Of a stretch of DNA of 38,067 bases, positions 1-8,653 are shown in pieces. Below the pieces are notes generated by a model. That model searched no databases. It was not told the DNA's origin and worked only from the letters and a program-made list of their open reading frames with translations. The DNA comes from Verrucomicrobiota bacterium (GTDB taxonomy: Bacteria; Verrucomicrobiota; Verrucomicrobiia; Chthoniobacterales; JAFAMB01), in the NCBI GenBank assembly GCA_019235445.1, contig JAFAKL010000180.1, positions 1 to 38,067 of the forward strand, written 5' to 3'. Both the position numbers and the translations under genes were made by a program. Numbering within the stretch: position 1 is the first letter of the stretch; each line of letters begins with the position of its first letter.

Positions 1-103
1 CTCGGAACGTTGGACTTAACGTCAAAACAGCGGAAATCTGACCAGCCTGACCTCCAGGTGAGAAACCTGGATCATCCGCTGCATTGGTCCAGATAAGCCC
101 GTT

Positions 104-550
104 TCAGGTTAAACAAACGAGCAAATAGGCCCTTTCTGTCTGCCAAATGATCGGAATCACGTAGTTGCGACACTCCTTCGGAAATCGAAATCGGACCTCG
201 CCAACGGTGGAAACGACCGGAACCGAGATCAGAAATTCTCTGCCGAACTCCTCGCGGGCGTTTCCGCTCAAGGTGTTTGCAATTTCGCCTACAAGGTCGC
301 AGATCAATTCACCGTTAATGGGAGCTTCGTTGAGGAAACGCAAAATATTTTCCAACATCACACCATTGGCAGTAAAGCAGACCACGCCGCGGGTTTTTCC
401 GGAGATACCAATTATTCCGGTGTACTCGAGAAAAGGTTTTTCGTCATCCTTGATGAAAGGGGGCTCGATCACGACCTTAAGATCCTTCCTGAGGGATTCG
501 AAATACCGCCGGATGCCGGTGATAAAGACCTGGATGTCTTGGTCGTTCAT
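104..550 (-). CDS. cheX: CheX-family chemotaxis phosphatase (148 aa)
   Basis: The size (about 150 aa) fits CheX. It carries a CheC/CheX-type motif, DLVGEIANTLSGNA (E-x2-N). ATG at 550-548 has a GAGGA about 10 nt upstream. It lies 6 nt downstream of the cheY stop. Confidence 0.7.
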   Translation of the reverse strand: MNDQDIQVFITGIRRYFESLRKDLKVVIEPPFIKDDEKPFLEYTGIIGISGKTRGVVCFTANGVMLENILRFLNEAPINGELICDLVGEIANTLSGNAREEFGREFLISVPVVSTVGEVRFRFPKECRNYVIPIIWQTERAYLLVCLT

Positions 551-556
551 GCCGCT

Positions 557-916
557 TCAGTCCTCGATGAGCAAGTCGAACGCCTCTTTGAGTTCCGATG
601 GGTTGATCGGCTTACAAAGAAAGCCGCTGGCTCCCCTCTTGATCGCGTCGATCGCCGTGGCCTTATCCCGCAAGGCTGAAATGATCAGCACGCGTGCCTC
701 AGGGTTGATCTCAATGATCTTATCGAGACAGGTCAGACCGTCCATCCCCGGCATGGTGATATCCAACGTGACCACGTCATGCAATTTGGCCCCGTACAAC
801 CGCACCGCATCTTCTCCCGTGGCGGCTTGGTCTACCTCTGTGATCTCTCCAGATTCCAGATCTCGCTCGATTGCTCTTCGGACTACGCTGGAGTCATCTA
901 CAATAAGAAGTTTCAT
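557..916 (-). CDS. cheY: CheY-like single-domain response regulator (119 aa)
   Basis: Receiver-domain motifs are present: LIVDDS, the phospho-acceptor context VVTLDITMPGMDG, and the conserved Lys in FLCKP. There is no output domain. Its ATG overlaps the TGA of the upstream kinase (ATGA at 913-916). Confidence 0.9.
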   Translation of the reverse strand: MKLLIVDDSSVVRRAIERDLESGEITEVDQAATGEDAVRLYGAKLHDVVTLDITMPGMDGLTCLDKIIEINPEARVLIISALRDKATAIDAIKRGASGFLCKPINPSELKEAFDLLIED

Positions 917-3900
917 GCCACTGGAATTTCTAAGCGGAACTCACAAAATTGCCCTTGTTTGGAGGAAACATTCAGCGCGCCCCCCATTTTTGCGATCAAA
1001 TCCCTCACGGCATCCAACCCCACACCGCGACCTCCGTCCGTCGTCGGCCGGTCCATGGTAGTAAAGCCGGTTTCAAACAAGAGGTTATTTAACTGCTGTT
1101 GTGTCCAAGCTTCGATGCTATTCACGCTAGCATACCCCAGCTGCACCGCGCGACGACGCAATAATTGATAGTTAATCCCACGCCCGTCGTCACGCACGGC
1201 CAAAATTATTTTTCTCTCGCTCTCGTTCAGCCGATAAGCGTAGATCTGTACTTCACCGACGGGATGTTTTCGTTCCGTTAGCCGCTCAGATGGACTCTCA
1301 ATTCCGTGCAGGACCGCGTTCCTAACCAACTGCGTTATCATCATCTGAATCGGTTCACGCAACGGATTGGGCAAGCGAGCGAGACCATCCTTCATCTGCA
1401 CGTCCACTCGCACTCGTTTCCCATTTCGCTGGGCGATATCTTCAGCGAGTTCAACCAGCGGGGCAAAATCGGTCAGGCTTCCTTCTCTGGCACCTTTTCC
1501 GAAGACCTTCTGCATCGATAAGAGCCGGGTAATCAAATCATGGGTCATCCCGATCTGGTCCAGTAACGAGGCCAGCCCGGTGGTGATCGGTAAGAATTGT
1601 TCCCCGCTCAGCGGTGCACCGCCTCGCACCGTGGCAATTTTTTCCTCCAACCGGTTGGCCAGATCTTCAAAATAGGAAAGCCGAAGCATCGCCGCATTCC
1701 CTTTGATCAGATGAATCGAGCGGGAGATTTTTTGCAGCAATCGCAAGTATCGCTCGGAGCGCTCCGTACCCGATTCTCCCGCGTGACTGCCGAATTGCTC
1801 CGCCTCCAAAAGGTCGAGCATCGCACTTATCTCAGATCTGGCATGATTCAGGAACTCCGCAAGAATTGGTGGATCCAAATGCATTATCCCGAACAACATT
1901 TCTATCTGAGATTGAGCCGCCTTCTCGTTCTCCGTGATTTGCCTGGTTAGCGCGATCCGAGAGGTCGAATCCAGAACCGTCACCATGATCTGCGTTGTCT
2001 TGCCCCCTTCGACAACCCGGTTGAATCTGAATTCCAGAAACCTGCTGGGCTGCGCCCCTTTCAGTCGGATCTCCTTGTATTCGATTTCCCCTAAAGGATT
2101 TGTCTGCTGAATCAGCTTCTCTTTGATGCGAGTATTCAGGAGCAGCTCCAGATAGTGTTGCGTCGCTACCAGTACTTCATCGGCAACAATCGGCTGAAGC
2201 CCGGATTGCGGAGCCGGTCGCAGGAGATCGAGAAAGGAGATCCCATCGATTTTACGTTGAAAGATTGCTTCGGTGATTTTGGAGTAACCAGGCTGAATGA
2301 TAAAATCGGGGCCCATCAGGAACAGGCCTTCATTAACCGTCTCGAGGATTTTATGGACGTGCCGGTTCCGCTCTTCGACTTGGTCGATCATGTAATTGAA
2401 CCGTTCCGCCAGAAATCCTATTTCATCTTTGCTGGAAATCGGCGCCCGGGCCGAAAGATCGCCGGACCCGATTTTCTCCGCTGTATTGACCAGTTGCACA
2501 ATTGGCCTGGAGAGCAGGTGCCCAAACGTCAGGGCGGCCAGGATAGCGACGATTAAAATGACAAAACCGCCAAACGCGATTAGCCGGGTAAGATGAACCG
2601 CGGGTGCGAACGCCTCATCAGTGCTGATGGTGATTACTAGGCCCCAGTCCAGGCCTGGGGTTCCAAGTTGCTCATAGACTCCAAGCGATTCGCGGCCGAT
2701 ATCGTCAAAGAAAGTTACTTCGCCGTCATTGGATAGCACCTTGTCCGAATAGATGTTCTCGACCGCTTTGTTATGCAATGGGCCGCCGAGAACAGTTGTC
2801 AGCGGTCCGGGGGAACCATCCGGCTCGAAAGAGATCGACTTCATCTTAGCCGGCATTTCTCTGACGAAACGGGACTCTGTTCTCAGCCTCATGTCCGGTC
2901 CCACGATGTATGCTTCTCCGGTTTCCCCTAGTCCTACCGCAGCCCAGCGGCCTTGAAATGTCACCAGGTCGGTGAACGTGCTGCTGGCAATCTTGTGCAC
3001 GACAACACCCAACCGGCCGCCTAATCGGTTATTAATTGGACAACTCAAGAACAGCATCGGTGATCCGTACTCACCCGGATAACGCTTCAAATCTGTGATC
3101 ACGACTTCATCTCCAGAGGTATGGTCCCCAGAAGGAGTGACCCCGTACCATGCGCCCATAAATACCTCCTTTAACTTGGAACGCTCCCGCCAGCCTTTGA
3201 AGACGTTCGTTCCGAAATCCCAGCTCTTTTCGTAGGTATAAACAACGTTCCCGAGGTCATCGATTAACATCAGATCGAAGTAGCTGTTGCGCCGGATTAC
3301 GGTCTCGAACAATCCATGATAGCGGTCCATCGCCCGGGCAAACATCGTCTTAGAGAAGGCGTTCCGGAAATCCGGCGCAAGATTTTCGTTTTTTGAAATA
3401 TCCAACACCGAATTCTTCTGAAACTTAAATCCTGGACTGGCCGGATTTTTCAGAATGTAAACATATTGCAAAATCGCAGCAGCCGGGCTGAGGTCACTGA
3501 ATTCATCAAAGTCTCCCACGGGTTCACCGAATTTACGCAAGTCCTGCATCGGCCCGTGTTCGTAGACCTCGCGAAGACTTTGTCGAACCTCGCTGAGGAA
3601 GCTGGAATCCACTTTGAAGCCCGCTGCGTCGAGATCCTCCAATAAGTGCTCGTACCCCGACGATAATTCTGTGACAGCGTAGCGAACGGTTTGCAATTCA
3701 GCTTGAGCAGTCACATCTCGGCGCTGCTCTGCAAATAAGGCGTTGATCGCTTGGGAGAGAGAGGTTCTTAGTGATTGGAAGCCGTCCAATCTCGCTTTTC
3801 GAAGTGCGATTGCTGATAAGAAAAACGCAGTGATCGCTAGCGCCGCCAGGATGAGAAACCCAATCCCAGTCGTAAAAAGCAGCAGTTTGGATCGAATGGT

Positions 3901-3978
3901 TAATCCGCGCGAAGCCAATAAATCGTCGCTCTCCTTCGTTGGAGCCTCCGTATTCATTGCCTTTCTCCGAGCGCTCAT
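913..3978 (-). CDS. Membrane-bound sensor kinase: TM, periplasmic Cache-like domain, TM, HAMP, PAS-like, HPt, CheA-type HATPase; no P2/P3/P5 recognisable
   Basis: Two hydrophobic segments (about aa 32-59 and 466-488) flank a segment of about 400 aa with Cache-like strings (LIDDLGNVVYTYEK, GLGETGEAYIVGPDMRLRTESRF). HAMP-like PIVQLVNTAEKIGSGDLS..DEIGFLAERFNYM follows. The HPt motif SIHLIKGNAAML has its His756 codon at 1711-1713. The CheA-type N box is LVRNAVLHGIE, the G1 box DDGRGIN, the F box LLFETGFTT and the G2 box GGRGVGLD. The protein ends about 30 aa after G2. Confidence 0.8.
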   Translation of the reverse strand: MSARRKAMNTEAPTKESDDLLASRGLTIRSKLLLFTTGIGFLILAALAITAFFLSAIALRKARLDGFQSLRTSLSQAINALFAEQRRDVTAQAELQTVRYAVTELSSGYEHLLEDLDAAGFKVDSSFLSEVRQSLREVYEHGPMQDLRKFGEPVGDFDEFSDLSPAAAILQYVYILKNPASPGFKFQKNSVLDISKNENLAPDFRNAFSKTMFARAMDRYHGLFETVIRRNSYFDLMLIDDLGNVVYTYEKSWDFGTNVFKGWRERSKLKEVFMGAWYGVTPSGDHTSGDEVVITDLKRYPGEYGSPMLFLSCPINNRLGGRLGVVVHKIASSTFTDLVTFQGRWAAVGLGETGEAYIVGPDMRLRTESRFVREMPAKMKSISFEPDGSPGPLTTVLGGPLHNKAVENIYSDKVLSNDGEVTFFDDIGRESLGVYEQLGTPGLDWGLVITISTDEAFAPAVHLTRLIAFGGFVILIVAILAALTFGHLLSRPIVQLVNTAEKIGSGDLSARAPISSKDEIGFLAERFNYMIDQVEERNRHVHKILETVNEGLFLMGPDFIIQPGYSKITEAIFQRKIDGISFLDLLRPAPQSGLQPIVADEVLVATQHYLELLLNTRIKEKLIQQTNPLGEIEYKEIRLKGAQPSRFLEFRFNRVVEGGKTTQIMVTVLDSTSRIALTRQITENEKAAQSQIEMLFGIMHLDPPILAEFLNHARSEISAMLDLLEAEQFGSHAGESGTERSERYLRLLQKISRSIHLIKGNAAMLRLSYFEDLANRLEEKIATVRGGAPLSGEQFLPITTGLASLLDQIGMTHDLITRLLSMQKVFGKGAREGSLTDFAPLVELAEDIAQRNGKRVRVDVQMKDGLARLPNPLREPIQMMITQLVRNAVLHGIESPSERLTERKHPVGEVQIYAYRLNESERKIILAVRDDGRGINYQLLRRRAVQLGYASVNSIEAWTQQQLNNLLFETGFTTMDRPTTDGGRGVGLDAVRDLIAKMGGALNVSSKQGQFCEFRLEIPVA

Positions 3979-5294
3979 TGGGCGAAGTCTGCCGAATCTA
4001 TTTTTTCGATCGGTATGGCCCGACCGTGGTCCACTTTGGTAAGAAAGACCTGATGCGTTCCCTGTCGCGTTTCTGGAGAAAAATGAATCCCAAAGGTCCC
4101 AAAGTCGACCGAAAGATGCTCCAGCGCAGCAATCAAAGAATCCTCAGTCAAATCCCGGCCGGCCCTGCGCAACGCGTCGACAAGGACAACGCTGTTCAGA
4201 TAGCCTTCCAAACCCATATAACTATAATCTGTTGACCCAATAGAGCGCACGTCCGCCCGGTAATCTCGGACCAGGGGCAACGTATCGTCATACGGAGAGG
4301 GCACCACCTGGGAAATAATCACTCCGTTCCCATCCTCTGCCAGATACTTGATCAGCGGTTCGGTCCCCACGACTGAAACGTTGCAGAAGGCCGTGTTCTT
4401 CATCCCTAATTGCTTCGCTCCCCGAATTAAATTTGCGCATGGCTTGTACGTACCAAACAAGATCACCGCATCTGGTTTCGCTTTTGCGATACGATAAAGC
4501 GCCTCGGGGGCATTGACAGAATTGCGAACATAGGTCCCCTCACTTACTAACGTCAAACCGCGGCGTCGAAGCGCTTCCACAACCGCAACCCTGCCGGCGT
4601 CGCCGAAGCTGTCGTCCTGGCGAAAGAGCGCAAATTTCTTGCAGCCAACGTCCGCCACAAGGTGAGTTACCAGCGTCTCCGCCTCCTCTCCGTAGCTGGC
4701 GCGCGTGTTGAAAATCAAGCGCTGCATCGGTTGTCGAAAGATTGAGGCGCCTGAAATCGGACCGACTAGCACGATGTCAGCTTCGTTCACCATCGGAAGG
4801 ATCGCTCGGCAGGTGGGTGTTCCAAGAAAGTCCAGCAGGGCAAAAACCTTATCTTCATCGATCAAGTGCTCCGTATTGCTTACCGTCTCTACCGGTTCGT
4901 AATGGTCGTCATAATCCACCAGGGTCAGCCGTCGCCCGGCAACGCCGCCTGTCTTATTAACTTTGGCAAAGCAGGCCTCGCATCCCAGCCGAATTTCAGT
5001 CCCCAACCAGGCGGAGCGTCCTGTTTGTGCGTTCGACATCCCGATCTTAATTTCATTGGCTGAAAGCGGATGATCACGAGACAAAAACTGCGAGGCGGCT
5101 TGCTCGTCTGAGAGGAGCAGAATGACTAGAGCTCCGGTCAGCAGGAGAGCCGCAGATCTAAAAATTTTGCCTGATCCATCCACATTTCGATTCCGCCGGA
5201 CCGGCCAGAAGGCGGCGATTCTGGAAAGTGCTCCCCGATTCAAAATCAAAGAGGGATCATAGTTGATCGCAAGGCGATTGCAATGGCTCTTCAT
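3975..5294 (-). CDS. Periplasmic binding protein, LivJ/branched-chain amino-acid type (Peripla_BP_6-like)
   Basis: IKIGMSNAQTGRSAWLGTEIRLG..VNKTGGVAGRRLTLVDYDDHYEP is the typical type-1 PBP N-terminus. The hydrophobic anchor or signal SAALLLTGALVILLL precedes it. Its TGA overlaps the kinase ATG (ATGA at 3975-3978). I placed the start at ATG 5294. A GTG at 5183 is an alternative. The track ORF up to 5606 runs antisense through the tRNA, so I trimmed it. Confidence 0.75.
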   Translation of the reverse strand: MKSHCNRLAINYDPSLILNRGALSRIAAFWPVRRNRNVDGSGKIFRSAALLLTGALVILLLSDEQAASQFLSRDHPLSANEIKIGMSNAQTGRSAWLGTEIRLGCEACFAKVNKTGGVAGRRLTLVDYDDHYEPVETVSNTEHLIDEDKVFALLDFLGTPTCRAILPMVNEADIVLVGPISGASIFRQPMQRLIFNTRASYGEEAETLVTHLVADVGCKKFALFRQDDSFGDAGRVAVVEALRRRGLTLVSEGTYVRNSVNAPEALYRIAKAKPDAVILFGTYKPCANLIRGAKQLGMKNTAFCNVSVVGTEPLIKYLAEDGNGVIISQVVPSPYDDTLPLVRDYRADVRSIGSTDYSYMGLEGYLNSVVLVDALRRAGRDLTEDSLIAALEHLSVDFGTFGIHFSPETRQGTHQVFLTKVDHGRAIPIEKIDSADFAQ

Positions 5295-5398
5295 TGATCG
5301 AACAGCAGAGAGTGAGGTGATAATCCGGGACCGGCTTTCGTTGAAAAACTGCTTGGCTGAACCAGAACATGCGCTAATTTCATCTTCCCCCTGCGCAT

Positions 5399-5474
5399 GG
5401 TGGTCGTAGCTCAACGGTAGAGCCCCGGATTGTGGTTCCGGACGTTGCGGGTTCAAATCCCGTCGGCCACCCCA
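5399..5474 (+). tRNA. tRNA-His (anticodon GTG)
   Basis: I read a 76-nt cloverleaf by eye. It has an encoded G-1 and acceptor GTGGTCG/CGGCCAC. The D arm is GCTC-AACGGTA-GAGC. The anticodon arm is CCGGA-TTGTGGT-TCCGG. The T arm is GCGGG-TTCAAAT-CCCGT. The discriminator is C and CCA is encoded. Confidence 0.93.
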
Positions 5475-5620
5475 ACTACTTTTCAGAAAAAAACCTCGGT
5501 TTGCCACAGAAGGAAGGCTTGCCACCGGGAACCTCGTCGTCCCCTCGTTCTCGTCGTCGTTCTCGTTCTGGAACGTCGCTCTGGGTTCCAACGGCCAGAG
5601 TTCCATGGACGAGCGGGGGC

Positions 5621-7324
5621 TCAGGAACCCGTCTTCGTCACAGGAATCTCGATTAACTGCGGTTTCCCGGACGCCAGGGCCGCTTCGATCATTCCGCTGA
5701 TCTGACCCTTTGACGTCACCTTTTTGGTAGCCACGCCCATCGATCTCGCGAGAAATTGGAAGTCCACCTCGGGATGACAGATATCCATGGCCAGGAACCC
5801 ATCTTTTTGCGCATTGTACTGGGGCTGATTTAACATGAACTCTTTCAAGATTCCATACTCGCCGTTGTTCAGGATAACGTAAACCACCGGCGTCTCCTCA
5901 TGAACGGCGCTCCAGAGAGACTGCGGTGAATATAGCGCTGACCCATCCCCGACAAGACAAAGGACCGGTGCTTTGCCGTGCGCCAATGAGACACCGACAG
6001 ACGCAGGCATGCCCCACCCCAAAGCTCCGCCACGATTGTGGAAATATTGCTTCGCGGCCGTCGTCCGGTGCATCGGTTGGGTGAACTGGTTCGCACAGGG
6101 CGCCTCATCCACGAGCAAAGTTCCGTCCGCCAACGCCCGCACGATCTCCCGCACCGCCACGATCGGTCGGATCTGCGGATCTCGGTCAGCTATTTCCGCC
6201 TCCTGCCTGAGCGCATTCTCCTGAGCCTCCTTGTTTTCTCGCGCGATATTGACGTTCATTTCAACGGTATGCGGAGAGACCTTCCGCTCAAGTTCCTCTG
6301 CCAGAACTTCGAGACTGGCCTTAACATTTCCCACAATGCCCAACCGCGGAGTGTCGTTATGGCAGAGATCGTTACCGTCTTCCGAAATGTGATAGAAGGT
6401 AGTGTTTTCCGGGATCGGATCCCTGGCCGTGTAAACAATCGCGAGCAGGGTCTTGCCGCCTAACCCGAGCATGCAATCGTATCGCCCGAGAATCTCCGAA
6501 ATTCCTTTCGCGGTTGTTGGCAAAGAGCCGCGCCAAAACGGGTTCACCGACGCAAAGTTATTGACGGACGGCCATGAGGACCCGTAAACCGGGGCGCCTA
6601 ACAACTCCGCCACTCTCGCAATGGAGTCGTCCACGCCGGTCTCGGCGATATCATTTCCAGCCACAATCACGGTCCGCCCTGGCCTGAACTCCAGCAGTTC
6701 TGCAGCCAAATCTGGAATGCCTGAGCCGATGCTTGCCCGCTCAACGCGGGTTGCTGGAAGCACCGGACGTGAACCTGATTCGTCGAGGATGTTCATCGGA
6801 AGAGAAAGGAAAACCGGGCCCCGCGGCGGTGACTTCGAATTGGCGAAGGCGCGGCGAAGGATCAGCGGCAGGTCGTCCAGCGAATTAGGCTCGAAACTCC
6901 ACTTGGCGATGGGGGCGGCCATTCCTACCAGATCGGCGGCCAGCAATGGATCCGCCAGAAAGTGACGAAGGTCCTGCTGTCCCGCGGTGACAACCATCGG
7001 CACCCGGGCGATCTTCGCATTCATGATCGCTCCCATGCCGTGGCCCAAACCGCCGGCCGTATGAAGATTGACGAAGGCAGTCTTGCCGGATGCCTGCGCG
7101 TAGCCATCCGCCATGGCTACCGCAGTAGCTTCCTGCAGTCCCCAGACGTATCGGATGTCAGACACGGACACCAAGGCGTCGATCAAAGGCAACTCCGTTG
7201 TGCCCGGGTTGCCAAAAATGTATTGCGTCCCCTCCGAACGCAACACGTCCAGAACTATGTCCGCTCCCCGGATGCGCGATTTGGGTGCTTCAGGACTGCC
7301 GATCCTTTCGATGTTTGCCAGCAT
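5621..7324 (-). CDS. Thiamine-diphosphate enzyme, benzoylformate-decarboxylase-like
   Basis: The N-terminal region (FGNPGTTELPLIDAL, ADGYAQASGK, VTAGQQ) aligns by eye with Pseudomonas putida MdlC. The ThDP-binding region is GDGSALYSPQSLWSA...ILNNGEYG. The start is ambiguous: ATG 7324 is preferred, and the track ORF extends to 7381. Confidence 0.8.
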   Translation of the reverse strand: MLANIERIGSPEAPKSRIRGADIVLDVLRSEGTQYIFGNPGTTELPLIDALVSVSDIRYVWGLQEATAVAMADGYAQASGKTAFVNLHTAGGLGHGMGAIMNAKIARVPMVVTAGQQDLRHFLADPLLAADLVGMAAPIAKWSFEPNSLDDLPLILRRAFANSKSPPRGPVFLSLPMNILDESGSRPVLPATRVERASIGSGIPDLAAELLEFRPGRTVIVAGNDIAETGVDDSIARVAELLGAPVYGSSWPSVNNFASVNPFWRGSLPTTAKGISEILGRYDCMLGLGGKTLLAIVYTARDPIPENTTFYHISEDGNDLCHNDTPRLGIVGNVKASLEVLAEELERKVSPHTVEMNVNIARENKEAQENALRQEAEIADRDPQIRPIVAVREIVRALADGTLLVDEAPCANQFTQPMHRTTAAKQYFHNRGGALGWGMPASVGVSLAHGKAPVLCLVGDGSALYSPQSLWSAVHEETPVVYVILNNGEYGILKEFMLNQPQYNAQKDGFLAMDICHPEVDFQFLARSMGVATKKVTSKGQISGMIEAALASGKPQLIEIPVTKTGS

Positions 7325-7428
7325 GGAGCAAAATCTCATTCGGCTTTGGAAACGCCAATGATCTTCGATCCTTCGACTCACGATCCTCGCAATTTCGCTT
7401 TTGTCCTTCTAGCGTATGCGAATCAATT

Positions 7429-8247
7429 ATGATGAGTGATGACCCGCAAAACGATCTGAAACCTGAGATGCGGCAGTTGGGGGGCGCGATGAGCTTCTTC
7501 TTGAAACGCGCGATGACGAGCTACTCTGTCGAGACCTGCGCACGAGCCTTCATTCTCACCCTGGCCAAATTTGTTCCGAGCATCCATCTGATCGGTTACC
7601 TTTGGCAGCCCGCCCGTCCTGCCAATCAGCGAATCCGATTCCGTTTCAAGGATGGCCAGGTCGAGCAAGAGCCGGAACCAGGTCCCCCGACGGAGGTCGT
7701 TCAGCGCGAAGCCTCGACTGAGTCCGAGGATGGCCTGACCTTAGTTCTGCATCCCTCGCTGAAATCCCTTCAGAACGATCCAGCGGAGCGCAAAGCTCTG
7801 GAGGCCCGTGGCTGCCGCGCTGCGGTGGAGATCCAGTTCGCCTATTACAGCAAGCCGATTTTACGGGTCGTTCTGGGATTATCCAACGCCAAATCGCTAC
7901 CCAACCTCGAGGCTCAGGATTTCCTGCTGGTGTTTTGCAGGTGTTGCCTCGTCTCGTTGAACGGCGCCTATCTGGCCGAAGTCGATGAGCGAGAAGGACG
8001 ACGCGAGAAGCCCGAACTGAAGGAGCGCTTTCACCTCACCCTGCAATGGTTTCATTCGCTGGTCCGCCACTTGAATATCGGCATCGCCGAAATCCAGAAC
8101 GGTCAACCCACCGAAGCAGAGGACGCTCTCCAGCGAGCGTTGATCGTGGCCGGTATTTGCCTGGCGGAAATGCTCGCGCTGATGGGCAAAACCCAACCTG
8201 AAACAACCCGGGGACCAGCCTCTAATTCGAAATCGCCAATTCCATAG
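7429..8247 (+). CDS. Hypothetical protein (272 aa)
   Basis: The ORF is long with coding-like composition, and ATG-ATG sits at 7429. The track extension back to 7198 overlaps the divergent ThDP gene, so I trimmed it. I recognised no motif. Confidence 0.5.
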   Translation: MMSDDPQNDLKPEMRQLGGAMSFFLKRAMTSYSVETCARAFILTLAKFVPSIHLIGYLWQPARPANQRIRFRFKDGQVEQEPEPGPPTEVVQREASTESEDGLTLVLHPSLKSLQNDPAERKALEARGCRAAVEIQFAYYSKPILRVVLGLSNAKSLPNLEAQDFLLVFCRCCLVSLNGAYLAEVDEREGRREKPELKERFHLTLQWFHSLVRHLNIGIAEIQNGQPTEAEDALQRALIVAGICLAEMLALMGKTQPETTRGPASNSKSPIP

Positions 8248-8352
8248 AGGATTAGAATTGGAATCTCGCGCGGAGGGCACCGCGGACCCCGGAGGTTAAC
8301 ACCCATTGGATGGTGCTGGACAAGCTGCTCGTATTGGATTTTAACAATTCGC

Positions 8353-8544
8353 ATGCGCAAAGTTGTCCGATCCGACCAGGGACCTCTCGAAATCAAGCCG
8401 CAGGATAAATCTGTCTGGATCTGCATGTGCGGTCTGTCCAAAAATCAACCGTTTTGCGATGGATCGCACAAAATGACCAGGGACGAAGTGACTGGCAAAA
8501 CCTACCTGTACGACGAGGAAGGCCACCGGCAGGAGCTTGATTAA
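8353..8544 (+). CDS. CDGSH-type iron-sulfur domain protein (63 aa)
   Basis: It has the exact zf-CDGSH signature CMCGLSKNQPFCDGSH. Confidence 0.85.
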   Translation: MRKVVRSDQGPLEIKPQDKSVWICMCGLSKNQPFCDGSHKMTRDEVTGKTYLYDEEGHRQELD

Positions 8545-8653
8545 ACTCCTGCTCACGGGCGCTGGGACGCGAATCCACTGTCTCATCGCAATCTCGATCC
8601 ACCGACTTTACCGCGCGAAAACACTACGAGCGCCGCGCTTCTAAAATTTCGGC

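Noticed and set aside
52-71. A hairpin TCCAGGT-gagaa-ACCTGGA downstream of cheX as the operon terminator.
   Set aside because: On the minus-strand RNA the 7-bp stem is not followed by a U-tract. The nearest run, UUUU, is more than 30 nt away. The support is too weak to annotate.
5295-5606. The N-terminal 104 codons of the 543-aa track ORF (the binding-protein gene extended to 5606).
   Set aside because: The extension reads antisense through the tRNA-His gene and through low-complexity TCGTCGT repeats (translated ENENDDENEG). The PBP homology and the hydrophobic leader begin after the internal ATG at 5294.
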